From a virus, in the IMG/VR virus record IMGVR_UViG_3300011445_000018, positions 1 through 64,000 of that record: 64,000 bases of DNA. One strand, 5' to 3'. This document shows, piece after piece, positions 31,020 to 41,411 of the stretch. The position numbers and the translations under genes are program-made. The notes below the pieces were generated by a model, which saw only the letters and a list, made by a program, of their open reading frames with translations, did no database searches and was not told the origin of the DNA. The first letter of the stretch is position 1. Every line of letters starts with the position of its first letter.

Positions 31020-31456
31020 TAGGCAAATGTAACAGTAATGGCACCAGCAGCGATTTCAGCGGTATCACCGCTATCAATTGTTCGCGACGTAGTGACTGGT
31101 GTGTAAAATAACATATTGCCAGCGTCATAGGTCGCACTGTCAACGATCGCTAGATCGGTAACGGTTCCCCAACTCGCTGTGGCAGCAGCAAATGTAATAG
31201 CGGCAGCATTATCAGTTTGACCATCACCGCCCGCTGTTGCTGTCCAATTAGCATCTAGCGGATTGCGTGCTACGCGTGCATACGCACCAGCATTAGCAAC
31301 CTCAGTACCTGATCCGGTACTGAATTGACCTATACCGGCATCATTGGTTGCGGCCGTTAGAAGGGCGATCGCTAGGACAGTTGGCTTGGTAAAGCTACCC
31401 GTTCTGAAGATATGCTTAATAAGCTCATCTTCCAAATAGTCTGACATTTCGCTCAT
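31019..31456 (-). CDS. Small phage tail-fibre-associated protein
   Basis: MSDYLEDELIKHIFR...AYARVA...NAAAITF..AT.SWGTVT...GN.LF. Confidence 0.7.
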   Translation of the reverse strand: MSEMSDYLEDELIKHIFRTGSFTKPTVLAIALLTAATNDAGIGQFSTGSGTEVANAGAYARVARNPLDANWTATAGGDGQTDNAAAITFAAATASWGTVTDLAIVDSATYDAGNMLFYTPVTTSRTIDSGDTAEIAAGAITVTFA

Positions 31457-31871
31457 TTTTTAGTTCCTGTATAGGGCTGTCAAGAATCAAATCCTTACGC
31501 ACTTGTCCACTTTTTATTGCAATCATGGCATTTTTGATAAAAGTATCGGCCCGCGTACCATAGAGCCATACTTCAACTACATAGTTCTTAGCGTCCACGT
31601 AACACATACGTTTGTCACCGACCGGTGCATTTATCAGTAGGCTTGCATGTGCAAGTTTTAACACCTCTGAATGGAATTGTTCCTCTTCGGTTAAATCACC
31701 CTCAACAACACGCAAACCATTTTCATAAAAAGTAACCTTTCTTTTTAATATGATACGCTGTGCCATTACCTTGCTTTTTGATCCAACCGAAACATCTCCA
31801 CTATGCTCACGCATCCTACGCAACAGACGCGATGGACGCATAACACCAGGCAATAACATTATTTTAGGCAT
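31425..31871 (-). CDS. Hypothetical protein
   Basis: In-operon ORF; start set at MPKIML. Confidence 0.5.
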   Translation of the reverse strand: MPKIMLLPGVMRPSRLLRRMREHSGDVSVGSKSKVMAQRIILKRKVTFYENGLRVVEGDLTEEEQFHSEVLKLAHASLLINAPVGDKRMCYVDAKNYVVEVWLYGTRADTFIKNAMIAIKSGQVRKDLILDSPIQELKNERNVRLFGR

Positions 31872-32700
31872 AATCAAATTTCTCCATAACGCTTTTATGA
31901 TCATCTTTAATTTTATCAGATTGCATAGATGTTAAATGCTCTTTCCACTGACCAGCTTTACCTGATCGAAAGAAATGTTTATTTTTACCCTTTTCAATAA
32001 ATCCTACCTTATCTTCTTGGAAGCGGAGATTTTCAAAAGAACTTTGTTCCAAAGCGAAATGCAACCGTTCCTCAAGATTATCGTTACGTGTTAATTCAAA
32101 ATATATTAATATTTGGTCAAAAACTTTCAATGGATCATCAAGTATGTCCTCAAATCGTACCACAAGGGTCGGAACGTTATTATTAATAAGTGTCCATGTT
32201 TCAACGTGCTTGGACCATGAAAGTACCAGACTAGTCATATGTAATTCATCTACTAATCCCTGTTGGGGATTATTCATGAATTCTATTGTTTGGTCTATTG
32301 TCATTCCTAAATGGTGTGAAAGACTTATGCAAACGTCTCTCGGATCGCGTATAATATAAATTGCATTTTTACTTAAAGCTGTTGGTATGGTTTCAAAACC
32401 ATTTAATACTACTTTTGCATTATGTGTTTTGAAACATACGTCAATTGTTGGCGATATTTTCAATTTGTTCAATAGTAAAGCTGGCCTATAAATAAAGAAC
32501 TCTCCAACAGATAACTTCTCTACGCATGTTGGACACATCATTTGCAACATGCACATATCATTATCTCTTTGCACATGTTGATAAGCACTATTTATATTTA
32601 AGGGAAATTTCGTTATAAAAGCATTCAGAAACATTCTTATCCAAGTATTACCACTTTTTGGATAACTAGCTAACCATGATATCCTACTTGCGTCAGCCAT
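31864..32700 (-). CDS. PAPS-dependent sulfotransferase
   Basis: 5'-PSB WLASYPKSGNTW, 3'-PB IIRDPRDVCIS, VRFEDI, FFRSGKAGQWK. Confidence 0.9.
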   Translation of the reverse strand: MADASRISWLASYPKSGNTWIRMFLNAFITKFPLNINSAYQHVQRDNDMCMLQMMCPTCVEKLSVGEFFIYRPALLLNKLKISPTIDVCFKTHNAKVVLNGFETIPTALSKNAIYIIRDPRDVCISLSHHLGMTIDQTIEFMNNPQQGLVDELHMTSLVLSWSKHVETWTLINNNVPTLVVRFEDILDDPLKVFDQILIYFELTRNDNLEERLHFALEQSSFENLRFQEDKVGFIEKGKNKHFFRSGKAGQWKEHLTSMQSDKIKDDHKSVMEKFDYA

Positions 32701-33946
32701 ACAATTTCTCACCTTCAAATTCCAATGATACATCAGTTGTAAAACGACTAGTATTAACAAAATCGATAGGGTTTGTTAATAATCTCACTTTCCATACCTC
32801 GCCTTTATGATTTGTTAATCTTATATAATCTGAATTATAATATTTGAAAAATTCCTTTACCTCCCTAGCTTTGTAAACATTAAGAATGCGGAACGTGTAA
32901 TTGAGACGCCTGTTTTTGTTTGTTTTAACGAACGTTACGGTTCCACCGTCCATCGTACGTTTCAAATTCATTTCACTGACGAGATTCTCTGTATCACCGA
33001 ACAGTGGACAGGGTAAAACGATTGATGTCTGAAGAAAATCAAATGGAGCCTGTAATACTACATGACAATCTTGGTCAACTGTGGTACTGTACGCTATGCT
33101 ATTAAAAACCAAGGTACTAGTAGCAGTTGGGAAATCAATATGGCCTGGATTAGTATTTTGTGATAATTGTAACAGGTTACTTGCACTGAGGTTGACAACA
33201 ATATTACCAACAACATTTTGACTTAAAATTAATGTGTTACTCGCATCCTCGAAAATACCACCTATGACGCCGATCGCTTGATTGGTTAAATTAAGGGCAC
33301 TGAACGCTAATCTTGATTCATTTATGCTTTGAGTAAAAGTTATAACATTGATCGCTGAAACAGCGGGCAGAACATGTTGGAAGAGAACGAATTGTTGGAG
33401 TAGATCAAGGGCACTGCTCGCTGAACGCTGTGTTATTTCTAGTGTTGTGGCATTTTGTGTTAATGTTAGGGTTGATGAAGGGGCTGGGTTGAGTTCGCTT
33501 TCAAATGTTACGGATTGTGTTAAAGATAACGTGTTACCAGTTCGTATTGCTAATTGTGTTGCACTTTGACTAAATGATATTGTATTGCTTGCACTTAATA
33601 TATTTGTATCGAAAAATGTATTAAGCGTTCCTGATACATTTATTTGGGCTGCAACGAATTCCTTTATCTGTGTTAGGTTCGCGACCACTAAAGCAGTGGT
33701 ATTTATGGCCCCTATTAATCTATTAACGGTATATTTAACATTTGCCGTTACATTTGCATTAGCTGTTACATTTGCTTCTAATTGCTGTATTGCTTGAAAT
33801 GGTATAAGAACTTGTACAATAACCGCTGAAGCTCTTGCTTTACCGCCAGTTACGACTGCTTGAGCGGTCGTAGATGTACTTCTAGCATTACCGCCTTGCG
33901 ATAATACCTCGCTGACAACTGATGTTGCTCTTGATTCATTGGCCAC
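32693..33946 (-). CDS. Virion structural protein, paralog of 9609-10964
   Basis: ASNTLxLSQ repeats and a shared C-terminal domain. Confidence 0.55.
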   Translation of the reverse strand: MANESRATSVVSEVLSQGGNARSTSTTAQAVVTGGKARASAVIVQVLIPFQAIQQLEANVTANANVTANVKYTVNRLIGAINTTALVVANLTQIKEFVAAQINVSGTLNTFFDTNILSASNTISFSQSATQLAIRTGNTLSLTQSVTFESELNPAPSSTLTLTQNATTLEITQRSASSALDLLQQFVLFQHVLPAVSAINVITFTQSINESRLAFSALNLTNQAIGVIGGIFEDASNTLILSQNVVGNIVVNLSASNLLQLSQNTNPGHIDFPTATSTLVFNSIAYSTTVDQDCHVVLQAPFDFLQTSIVLPCPLFGDTENLVSEMNLKRTMDGGTVTFVKTNKNRRLNYTFRILNVYKAREVKEFFKYYNSDYIRLTNHKGEVWKVRLLTNPIDFVNTSRFTTDVSLEFEGEKLYG

Positions 33947-35055
33947 TACGCCACCTTAATACCGAACTCCGCCGCATCCACGGCCGCAGGTAGCCACGCG
34001 GCTGACGTATCTGGATCAACTTCAAAAATACCAGCTTTAGCAGTATAGGATGTTGTCATACCTATTGCAGCACTATCGGCTTCTGTACCATTACTTCGAG
34101 CCACTGTTTTAAGGTCAGCAGCCCCGACATCTACTTTCTTACCTAGAACTTTAACACAAACGGCTTTAACTGTTACAACAGCGGCGGGTAGATTTTCGTA
34201 TGCATAGGTATCTTTGTTTGTAGTAGTTGGGCTTTCCACATAAGTGGAATCGTCATCTGGTACACCATCATCATCTACCAAGAGATAATTATCAGTGCTA
34301 TCGGCATCTGAACCAACAAATTGAGAACTATTACCATTGCCCGTTGGTATTAGTTGTTTGACTTGTACATCGCCCAAGAAATCATTATTAACAGAGCCGC
34401 TTGTATCAGCGATATAAAGATCATCAAAATCAATTGATGGAACGGTGGTCACTGGTATAGTTGATCCTATGACCAGGGCCGTTACACCATTATCATTCAG
34501 AAGAGTATCTTTACCAGTTGCAGCTAGCTCTGATACACCATTTATGCATATTTCAATCGTACCAGTGGAATTATGAGAAAAGAACTTCAGTTCTACATAG
34601 TACCAATTGCCAGCGACCAAGACAGTGGAAGTTGCTCCTACACCAGAAAAGTTCGTGAATGCACCGCCCGAGCGAAAGCCTGGTACTATTTGTTTCGAGC
34701 TATTAATAGCCAAAAGAATATTATACTGACTATCACCGGTACCACTAGCAGAAAGAATTCCCGCAAAGACTGCGAATCCGCTTTCATTAAAAGTGTTGAC
34801 TTTAATAGCAAAACCAACAATAATGGTGCTACCACCAGCCAAGCCACTGCTAAAACTTTTTCCTTGAATGTTATTTGGCGTTTCATCATTGGTCGCTGTT
34901 CCAGGAACGATACGTAAACATTTATCCCCATTACGACCTGTTTGGATTGTTTGGGTCATGGTCCCAACGGGCTGAACATCACTGAATGCACTATATGCAC
35001 CCGGCAAATCAGCCGTTTCTAACCAATCAAAGCCTTCTACTAGCTTAAGTGCCAC
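33946..35055 (-). CDS. Virion protein with concanavalin/LamG-like domain
   Basis: MALKLVEGFD, GNWYYVELK, FDDLYIAD..G..NNDFLGD. Confidence 0.55.
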   Translation of the reverse strand: MALKLVEGFDWLETADLPGAYSAFSDVQPVGTMTQTIQTGRNGDKCLRIVPGTATNDETPNNIQGKSFSSGLAGGSTIIVGFAIKVNTFNESGFAVFAGILSASGTGDSQYNILLAINSSKQIVPGFRSGGAFTNFSGVGATSTVLVAGNWYYVELKFFSHNSTGTIEICINGVSELAATGKDTLLNDNGVTALVIGSTIPVTTVPSIDFDDLYIADTSGSVNNDFLGDVQVKQLIPTGNGNSSQFVGSDADSTDNYLLVDDDGVPDDDSTYVESPTTTNKDTYAYENLPAAVVTVKAVCVKVLGKKVDVGAADLKTVARSNGTEADSAAIGMTTSYTAKAGIFEVDPDTSAAWLPAAVDAAEFGIKVA

Positions 35056-36700
35056 GTTTTTCCTCTTTACTTGCGTTTGCTACACCACCTAGTTCCGGCG
35101 TTCCGCGTGCTTGGGCCTGACTCTCAGCGATCCTTTTAACGCGATCAGCGTGCTCTGTTTTAGCTTTCTCTACTACCCCTTCGGGATAACCCTTGGCTTT
35201 GCTCGCTGTTTCAGCGTCAATCAAACCAAGTTCGATGTCACTTTTGAGTTCTTCGCTATCACCAATAATAACACTTGCTTCCTCTACCTCTTTGTTAATC
35301 TTATCAAGTGTTTCTTTTGATATATTTGGTCCAATTAACGTGTTCGCTGTTATTTTGAATACCTCTTTTTTATATGTAATTGATGGATGACTTTTAGCGG
35401 ATTCCTTTAGATCTTTTGCCTCATCACGCCGCTCTTTATCGTTTTGGAGAGTGTATTTCTCAGGATATTTAACAGTTGGTACAACGCCCTTACGATCCTC
35501 GTACCATTGCCAATATTTAGCTATCCTACGTTCACCGTGTTCTAGTTCCAAAGCAATAGCGGAAAGACCGGCTTCAAGACTTCGTTCATCAAAGCTCTTA
35601 CTTTCACCTGATGCCATTTTAGGGGTTAGATTAGAAACATTAAGCTTAACGAGCATTCTTATATCTCGTTTAAGCTCATCTTGTTTCTGCATACTAGCTA
35701 GCAAGGGTGCTGTTGGCGGAGCGATGAACTCCGGCATCATCAGACCAAGAGGTATTCGTCTACCTGTGGTTGTTCCTACCTCGATTTCGTATTCCTTAGC
35801 AGCAACACTATCTTTTCGTTCACCGCTTTCAACGATCGTTACATCGCTACCAGCAGGTCGTCGATAAAGGTTATCAACTCGTGGATCGTATTGCTCAACA
35901 TAGAAGGGAAAGTTACTTTTAAGAGCGTAGGCAATATCACTACTAGCGAGATTGAGGAGGGCAATCTGATAATTAGCTATGTTCTTTAACAAACTATGCG
36001 GAAGCTCAAATGTAACAAATGGAATCTCAGGTAAATTGATAAATTTAGGCTCTTTAATCAATTTGTAATTATTATCATAATAATTAACAACTACCTGACC
36101 ATCCATCAAGCGGAAAAGTCTCAATTCTTCTATACAATTATCAGGTAGGCCGAATTCATTATATGTATGAACATAATTACGTAATAGAACCATTTTATAG
36201 GTATCGGAATAGGGATCTTTTTCCCAATTGATAATATCCTCAGCCTTATAGTGATAAATATATGGTTGAATGTCTCTCTGATCTCTAAGAGTAATTGTAC
36301 CATTTAGTTCACTATTATCAATGAACACGCCAACTCGTTTCATGGTCGTTAATTCCGTCAATATGACGCGACCTATGAAACTATTCATCGTCGTACCGGC
36401 TAAATCAATACCTTTACCTATGCCGCGTACTGCTTCGTTATAATTAACACTTCCACCAGTGCGTGTTACATCGGATATGCGTTGAAAAATACTATCCTTA
36501 ACTTCATCGACCGCTGCTGCAGCGAACGCTGGAACATAACTAATGCATTTGCGTTCAGCGAACTCTGGATCGCTTTCACGACTACTGAATTTCTTCAGAT
36601 AACGCTCAATGAATTCGTCACCGGCTTCATAAGTGAGACGCCACTTACACCAGTCAACTTCATCGCGTTCGTAATCAGGATGCTTGATGTCGTCTATCAC
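35045..36700 (-). CDS. Portal protein
   Basis: Follows TerL; HPDY...W...R..Y, RE..EF.ER, PYIYHYKAEDIINW, EIPFV. Confidence 0.8.
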   Translation of the reverse strand: MIDDIKHPDYERDEVDWCKWRLTYEAGDEFIERYLKKFSSRESDPEFAERKCISYVPAFAAAAVDEVKDSIFQRISDVTRTGGSVNYNEAVRGIGKGIDLAGTTMNSFIGRVILTELTTMKRVGVFIDNSELNGTITLRDQRDIQPYIYHYKAEDIINWEKDPYSDTYKMVLLRNYVHTYNEFGLPDNCIEELRLFRLMDGQVVVNYYDNNYKLIKEPKFINLPEIPFVTFELPHSLLKNIANYQIALLNLASSDIAYALKSNFPFYVEQYDPRVDNLYRRPAGSDVTIVESGERKDSVAAKEYEIEVGTTTGRRIPLGLMMPEFIAPPTAPLLASMQKQDELKRDIRMLVKLNVSNLTPKMASGESKSFDERSLEAGLSAIALELEHGERRIAKYWQWYEDRKGVVPTVKYPEKYTLQNDKERRDEAKDLKESAKSHPSITYKKEVFKITANTLIGPNISKETLDKINKEVEEASVIIGDSEELKSDIELGLIDAETASKAKGYPEGVVEKAKTEHADRVKRIAESQAQARGTPELGGVANASKEEKRGT

Positions 36701-38340
36701 TATAACCTACTATTAACATTGTGCGAGTAGCCAATGGACGCTGCGAGCGGGAGAGCTATTTCGCTATAATTGCGTGAATGGGCAAAGTGATCATCACTAC
36801 TACCAGCTTTGACATATTTACCAACAGGGTTGCCATCTACATCTTTCTCATAGATGCGAACCAGGGACATTATATGTCTTTTGAACTCCCTTGGAATATC
36901 TTTCGGTAGAATGATGGTACCAGTTTTAAAGCGGCTCTGACTCATATCAAGCCAACTGGTACGATCAACATTAACCGTTAATTCCTCACGATTGACATTC
37001 AATTGCTTGCCAGTGATGCCACGTGCGTAGGTACATAGATGCACCCGGCCCCAGTGGCGTGTTGCGAACTCAAAAGCTTTACGGCGTTCAGGTTGCATAT
37101 CAATTATACAACTTGTGACGTTGTATTTGTTCATCAAGTCGTCTAATTGAAAGAAATCCACTGCTTTACCGACCGCTATAACTTGCGGTCTGCTTTCAGT
37201 ATTAAAATCCGCAGTTGTACCACCAATGTTCCATTTCTCTATTACATAGTGTAGATATGTTCCTACGTCTACACCCATTGTTGTTAAGCCGTTACTATTA
37301 ACAGTTAGCGTTATGTAGTCACCGATGCAACCGTCAATATCTTGCTCGTTAACTTTAGCTCCGTCTACAACGTGCGGTTGGCCTAATTTGCTGTTAAAGA
37401 ATTCCTGTTCATCTGCTGGGTTGCTTTGTGCCCTGAAATAAGATTGAACGATATTGGATGGATGGACGGTGGAACTATACAACTGATTAATGCCCCAACC
37501 AGCAACATCTTTATCCTGGAATTGCGGAATCCACCTACCGGTGGATAACCAATTGGCTTTTGTCTCTTGGGGTAGTACGTTGTTGCACAACGTACATTTC
37601 AGGGTACTCTTCTTTGTTTCTGGGTCATCATGGTCATCTCCGACGATCACAATGCTCTCTGGCCATGTTAAATTTATATATTTACTACAGGAGGGACATT
37701 TGAAGAAGAATTCATTTTGCGTACTGTTCTTAAATGTCTCATTTATGCCGAAATTATCAATTGTTGGAGTGGATATTTCCCAAGTCTTGTGAATGTTGTA
37801 CCCTGATTGCCGTTCGCGAGCCAATGGTATGTTTTCTTGATTCATTTCGTCTTTCTCATCAAGAATTAACACGCCCACCGGTACGCTTTTCAATCCAGAC
37901 CGTGACTTGGCACCACGGATGTAAAGATTTGTGTTCCCCGCACGCTTGTGACCCACATTTTTAACATCACTGAACATTTTCCTTAAATGTGGGCTTAATT
38001 CCAAGGCTGGATCAAAGCGTGCAGCGGAAAAGTCACTAGCGTCCGGCGTTTTAGAGGGTAAAACATACAAACAATCGACCTGATGTATGTCAATATAGAA
38101 AAAAACCACGTTTAAGACAGTCTCAGTGAAACCCATTTGGGCGGCTTTCTGACCTACATTCAAATCATAGTCCGACATGTGCATATCAAGGAGCCAGGGA
38201 TGCCTTCTAAAGCTCCAGGGACCCTCGAACGGTCTACCAAGGACGCGGTATTCGCTCGCCCATTTAGCCGCAGAGATTATACTCTTGCGTCTTAGGGCAC
38301 TTGATACTCGCTCAGTTAATAGGGTTGCTAGCTCGTGCAT
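36700..38340 (-). CDS. Terminase large subunit, lambda GpA family
   Basis: KAAQMGFTE Walker A, LILDEKD Walker B, ISTPT coupling motif, CPSC/CTLC zinc site, MGVDVG nuclease, DDHFAH. Confidence 0.92.
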   Translation of the reverse strand: MHELATLLTERVSSALRRKSIISAAKWASEYRVLGRPFEGPWSFRRHPWLLDMHMSDYDLNVGQKAAQMGFTETVLNVVFFYIDIHQVDCLYVLPSKTPDASDFSAARFDPALELSPHLRKMFSDVKNVGHKRAGNTNLYIRGAKSRSGLKSVPVGVLILDEKDEMNQENIPLARERQSGYNIHKTWEISTPTIDNFGINETFKNSTQNEFFFKCPSCSKYINLTWPESIVIVGDDHDDPETKKSTLKCTLCNNVLPQETKANWLSTGRWIPQFQDKDVAGWGINQLYSSTVHPSNIVQSYFRAQSNPADEQEFFNSKLGQPHVVDGAKVNEQDIDGCIGDYITLTVNSNGLTTMGVDVGTYLHYVIEKWNIGGTTADFNTESRPQVIAVGKAVDFFQLDDLMNKYNVTSCIIDMQPERRKAFEFATRHWGRVHLCTYARGITGKQLNVNREELTVNVDRTSWLDMSQSRFKTGTIILPKDIPREFKRHIMSLVRIYEKDVDGNPVGKYVKAGSSDDHFAHSRNYSEIALPLAASIGYSHNVNSRL

Positions 38341-38368
38341 TATTCAAAGGTAAATAAGGAACTGTGCA

Positions 38369-38926
38369 TTATTCCTCAGCGATGGTTTCAATCCGACGTG
38401 TACTTTCTAACATTTTCTCGGATATGCTTTCAATAACGTTCGGATCATCAATATGGACCGATATAATTTGAACGAATTCCCCGGCTAATTGAATAATAGC
38501 TCGTTTTGATAGAAGGAGACCCATTCGGCCTTCTAATTTGTCACAACTAACAACCAGCTTTTCTATTTTGATAATCAAGTCTGATATTCGATGACTAGCC
38601 ATTAAAATATCAGTGGCATCTTCACATCTATTAATAGTTTCCTCAACGCACATCCTAAGGATACCTATTTCCTCCCTTAGGCTTTTTATTTGTTCGCTGT
38701 CCGCTAAAGCGTATATGCGTTCCTTGAACCTCCTCAATTGATAGTTACGTTTTATTTCATTTTGAATATGTATTTCACTTTTATTATGACCATGCATTGG
38801 ACAATAATTAGTGCCCTCTGCTTTATTAAACGGGCATTGCCCATTTAGAACCATACCCTCGCAACGTAATATCGGTTCATGGATATTAGGGTCATGTCTT
38901 TCATATTTATTATCAATAACTATCAT
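38369..38926 (-). CDS. Putative terminase small subunit
   Basis: Directly upstream of TerL; C..C..C..H finger and SLREEIGILR helix. Confidence 0.55.
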   Translation of the reverse strand: MIVIDNKYERHDPNIHEPILRCEGMVLNGQCPFNKAEGTNYCPMHGHNKSEIHIQNEIKRNYQLRRFKERIYALADSEQIKSLREEIGILRMCVEETINRCEDATDILMASHRISDLIIKIEKLVVSCDKLEGRMGLLLSKRAIIQLAGEFVQIISVHIDDPNVIESISEKMLESTRRIETIAEE

Positions 38927-39168
38927 CCTGCCTGCTCCATTAGATCATCTAGATCTTCGTCACTTGCTTTAGATAAAGCATCACAAATTTCATCGGCTTT
39001 TTTTAAATGGTCGGGTACACCTTTTTTACGCAAAGCCCTATTTATTTTGAAAAATACCAATGGTCCAGGCCGTCGGAGATTACGTTTGGTATTTTCACGC
39101 CCTTCATTATTAATACATTCCATAATAAAAGGTAAGAACACTGGGATAAGTTCAATTAACCATGACAT
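38923..39168 (-). CDS. Small protein with hydrophobic N-terminus
   Basis: MSWLIELIPVFLPFIMEC; coupled to both neighbours. Confidence 0.5.
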   Translation of the reverse strand: MSWLIELIPVFLPFIMECINNEGRENTKRNLRRPGPLVFFKINRALRKKGVPDHLKKADEICDALSKASDEDLDDLMEQAG

Positions 39169-39917
39169 TATGACGGCTCCATTGTTACAATTACCACACA
39201 ATCATCAGCTTGTTTTTTACTTCCACTCAAAATACCAAAGCCATTTTCACCCCAATCTCTCCAACTATTTCTAATTATTAGGTCGTGACTTACCAAAACC
39301 AATCCCGCCCCTGTTACCTCGTGTCTCCACCAATCATAGCCATCCGCAGTAGGTAGGTCAGCTAGGATGCAACTACCTCGCTCCTCCCATTCCTCAATGA
39401 CAAAGAATTCCCTAACAATATTTTTCTTCGCACTTAGCTTATTTGGTTCAGTGAAATAGGAACGTTGAATGGCGTTATCAGGCCAATCACTAGTTAGATT
39501 GATTCCGTCAACCTTTAACCTATTAAGAGCTTGGCTACCCCAACCACCACTGTTGGAGAAGTTCTTAATTGGTGCTCCACAGGACGCCGGACTATAGCTT
39601 ACTACTTGACCTGTTTCTACCAAACGAATTATTTCGCAACAATGCGTTGGAGCGTTCACCCAACAATAGTTTGTGCTCGCTTGATCCTTATGGGGGAGGC
39701 CCATTTCGTTACACAGATCAATTAAGGTGGCTTTATCTTTCTGCTTTTGGCGAATTATGTCATCCCAATCCTTTTCGGGAATGCGTGGGATACCTAGATC
39801 GCCAAAACGTTTACACAATCCCTTTTCCTGGGCATCGCGAAACATACCATAATATCCTCTCCTACCTTGGTCAAGGAAATTTTGGTAGTTATTGTCATTA
39901 ATTACGGGCATTGCCAT
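39168..39917 (-). CDS. Papain-like (C1) cysteine peptidase
   Basis: DQ..TNYCW (Gln/Cys), WWRHEV (His), IRNSW..WGENG (Asn). Confidence 0.75.
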   Translation of the reverse strand: MAMPVINDNNYQNFLDQGRRGYYGMFRDAQEKGLCKRFGDLGIPRIPEKDWDDIIRQKQKDKATLIDLCNEMGLPHKDQASTNYCWVNAPTHCCEIIRLVETGQVVSYSPASCGAPIKNFSNSGGWGSQALNRLKVDGINLTSDWPDNAIQRSYFTEPNKLSAKKNIVREFFVIEEWEERGSCILADLPTADGYDWWRHEVTGAGLVLVSHDLIIRNSWRDWGENGFGILSGSKKQADDCVVIVTMEPS

Positions 39918-39937
39918 ATGTATATCCTAACCATAAT

Positions 39938-40741
39938 TTATTGAGTTTTGAACTGCTCCAAAAGAGCTAATGTTTCTTCGATGCTCATTGGCAAAGGGCC
40001 GCTGAAACCTTTCCTTCCATCGCTGATAGCAATCCATGGTAAGGTTACAGCGGTTGGCCTTATTTTGAAATACGCATCGGTTAAAATAGTATTTGTATTG
40101 CGAAACATCTCTTTGGTATAGTCATCATCCCAAATGCGAAAAGCTGGTTGGCCATCTAGCTTACCGCAATTTAGATTACACCACTTCAGAATTTTGCTAG
40201 AGACGAAGATGTTTCTTTGTGGAAGTGGTAGCGTTCCGCTACCACCGGCCTCGCGAAGCATAAGGACGGTTAATACGTTTGTTGGGAAGGGGACATCGGT
40301 AACGGGTGGATCAATTGGGGGCTTTGGCGGAGTAGGGCCTATTGGCCCTACTATTTTGAATGTTGCATCGACCTTGCGAATTGGACCATCGATAACATCA
40401 AACGTCTGATCGTTGACTGTTATTTTTCTTAATGGAATAATGATACATTCAATTTTATATGTTCCAGCGTTCCCCCAAATAAATAATTTGTTTCCAACCG
40501 TTTCTGACTCAAGCGTACTTGGTACGCTCCACAGGTTGGTTCCGTTTGGACCATCTGTTAATGTTGCTACTATTTTCTTACCAACAGGCGTTTCATTTGG
40601 AACTGATATTTCTTCAGAATGTATGTTACTCGTTAAAAATAACAAAAAAAGTACGATTTTAGCACAGTTTTTTGACAAACGTTTTATCACTTTTTCTCCT
40701 TTGTTAATAAGAGGGTCCATACTAGTATACGCAGTTTTCAT
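39938..40741 (-). CDS. Exported protein with Pro-rich linker
   Basis: Hydrophobic signal IVLFLLFLTS; GPTPPKPPIDPP; LPWIAIS..GPLP. True start is probably downstream of 40741. Confidence 0.55.
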   Translation of the reverse strand: MKTAYTSMDPLINKGEKVIKRLSKNCAKIVLFLLFLTSNIHSEEISVPNETPVGKKIVATLTDGPNGTNLWSVPSTLESETVGNKLFIWGNAGTYKIECIIIPLRKITVNDQTFDVIDGPIRKVDATFKIVGPIGPTPPKPPIDPPVTDVPFPTNVLTVLMLREAGGSGTLPLPQRNIFVSSKILKWCNLNCGKLDGQPAFRIWDDDYTKEMFRNTNTILTDAYFKIRPTAVTLPWIAISDGRKGFSGPLPMSIEETLALLEQFKTQ

Positions 40742-40785
40742 TGAAAAATTAACTAAAAAATTTTTGTCAAAAAAGTGTGCTAAAA
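40657..40785. repeat. Inverted pair of TAGCACA(C/G)TTTTTTGACAAA boxes
   Basis: 40657-40679 vs 40763-40785, 22/23 complementary. Confidence 0.8.
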
Positions 40786-41008
40786 TCTGAAAAATTTTAA
40801 AATTTTTCAGTTAGAAATATGTTTCATGACATCTTGCTAAATTTATCATAGACCAGGAACGCTCGTACGCTCGGACCATGAATTATGATACGTGAACGCT
40901 CGGGCCATAAAATTTCCATATTTCTCGCACAGAATAGGGGGTCCAGCGTTCAGTGAACAGATGTCACTTGGTCGACGGTTGTACACCCCTCCCCTGGGTA
41001 GTGGTGAT

Positions 41009-41086
41009 TAGTTACTAGGCAGCAACTGCCTAGTAACTAGGCACAGGCAACCGATGCTAATTTAACAGGCAGCCTAGTAACTAGGC
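41009..41086. repeat. Palindrome cluster GCCTAGTAACTAGGC
   Basis: 14-bp hairpin 41009-41039; palindromes at 41027-41043 and 41072-41086. Confidence 0.85.
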
Positions 41087-41161
41087 AACGATTGCCTATG
41101 CTACCACACTAGACAAACCATGCTACATTAACAGGCATGGCATGCAGTGCCCCACGATGGG

Positions 41162-41328
41162 CCGTGTTGCGTGATACGCTGAACCATGTGCATTGGACGT
41201 GATACGTGGTAACACGCAACACGGGTCACGCTAGGTACTCTACAACCTATTTCGCCCGTGTTGCATGATCGATGGTCAAGCCATACTGGCATACGTCGCA
41301 ATCGATCATGCAACACGGGTCACGCTAG
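41162..41328. repeat. Paired inverted and direct repeats
   Basis: 12-bp IR 41162-41173/41213-41224; 19-bp IR 41255-41273/41301-41319; 19-bp direct repeat at 41216 and 41310. Confidence 0.85.
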
Positions 41329-41346
41329 AAGCCTTCCTGAGGCAAC

Positions 41347-41411
41347 ATGAACGATGAACGATGAACGATGAACGATGAACGATGAACGATGAACGATGAA
41401 CGATGAACGAT
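41347..41411 (+). repeat. Tandem repeat (ATGAACG)x9
   Basis: Nine perfect 7-bp units plus AT. Confidence 0.97.
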
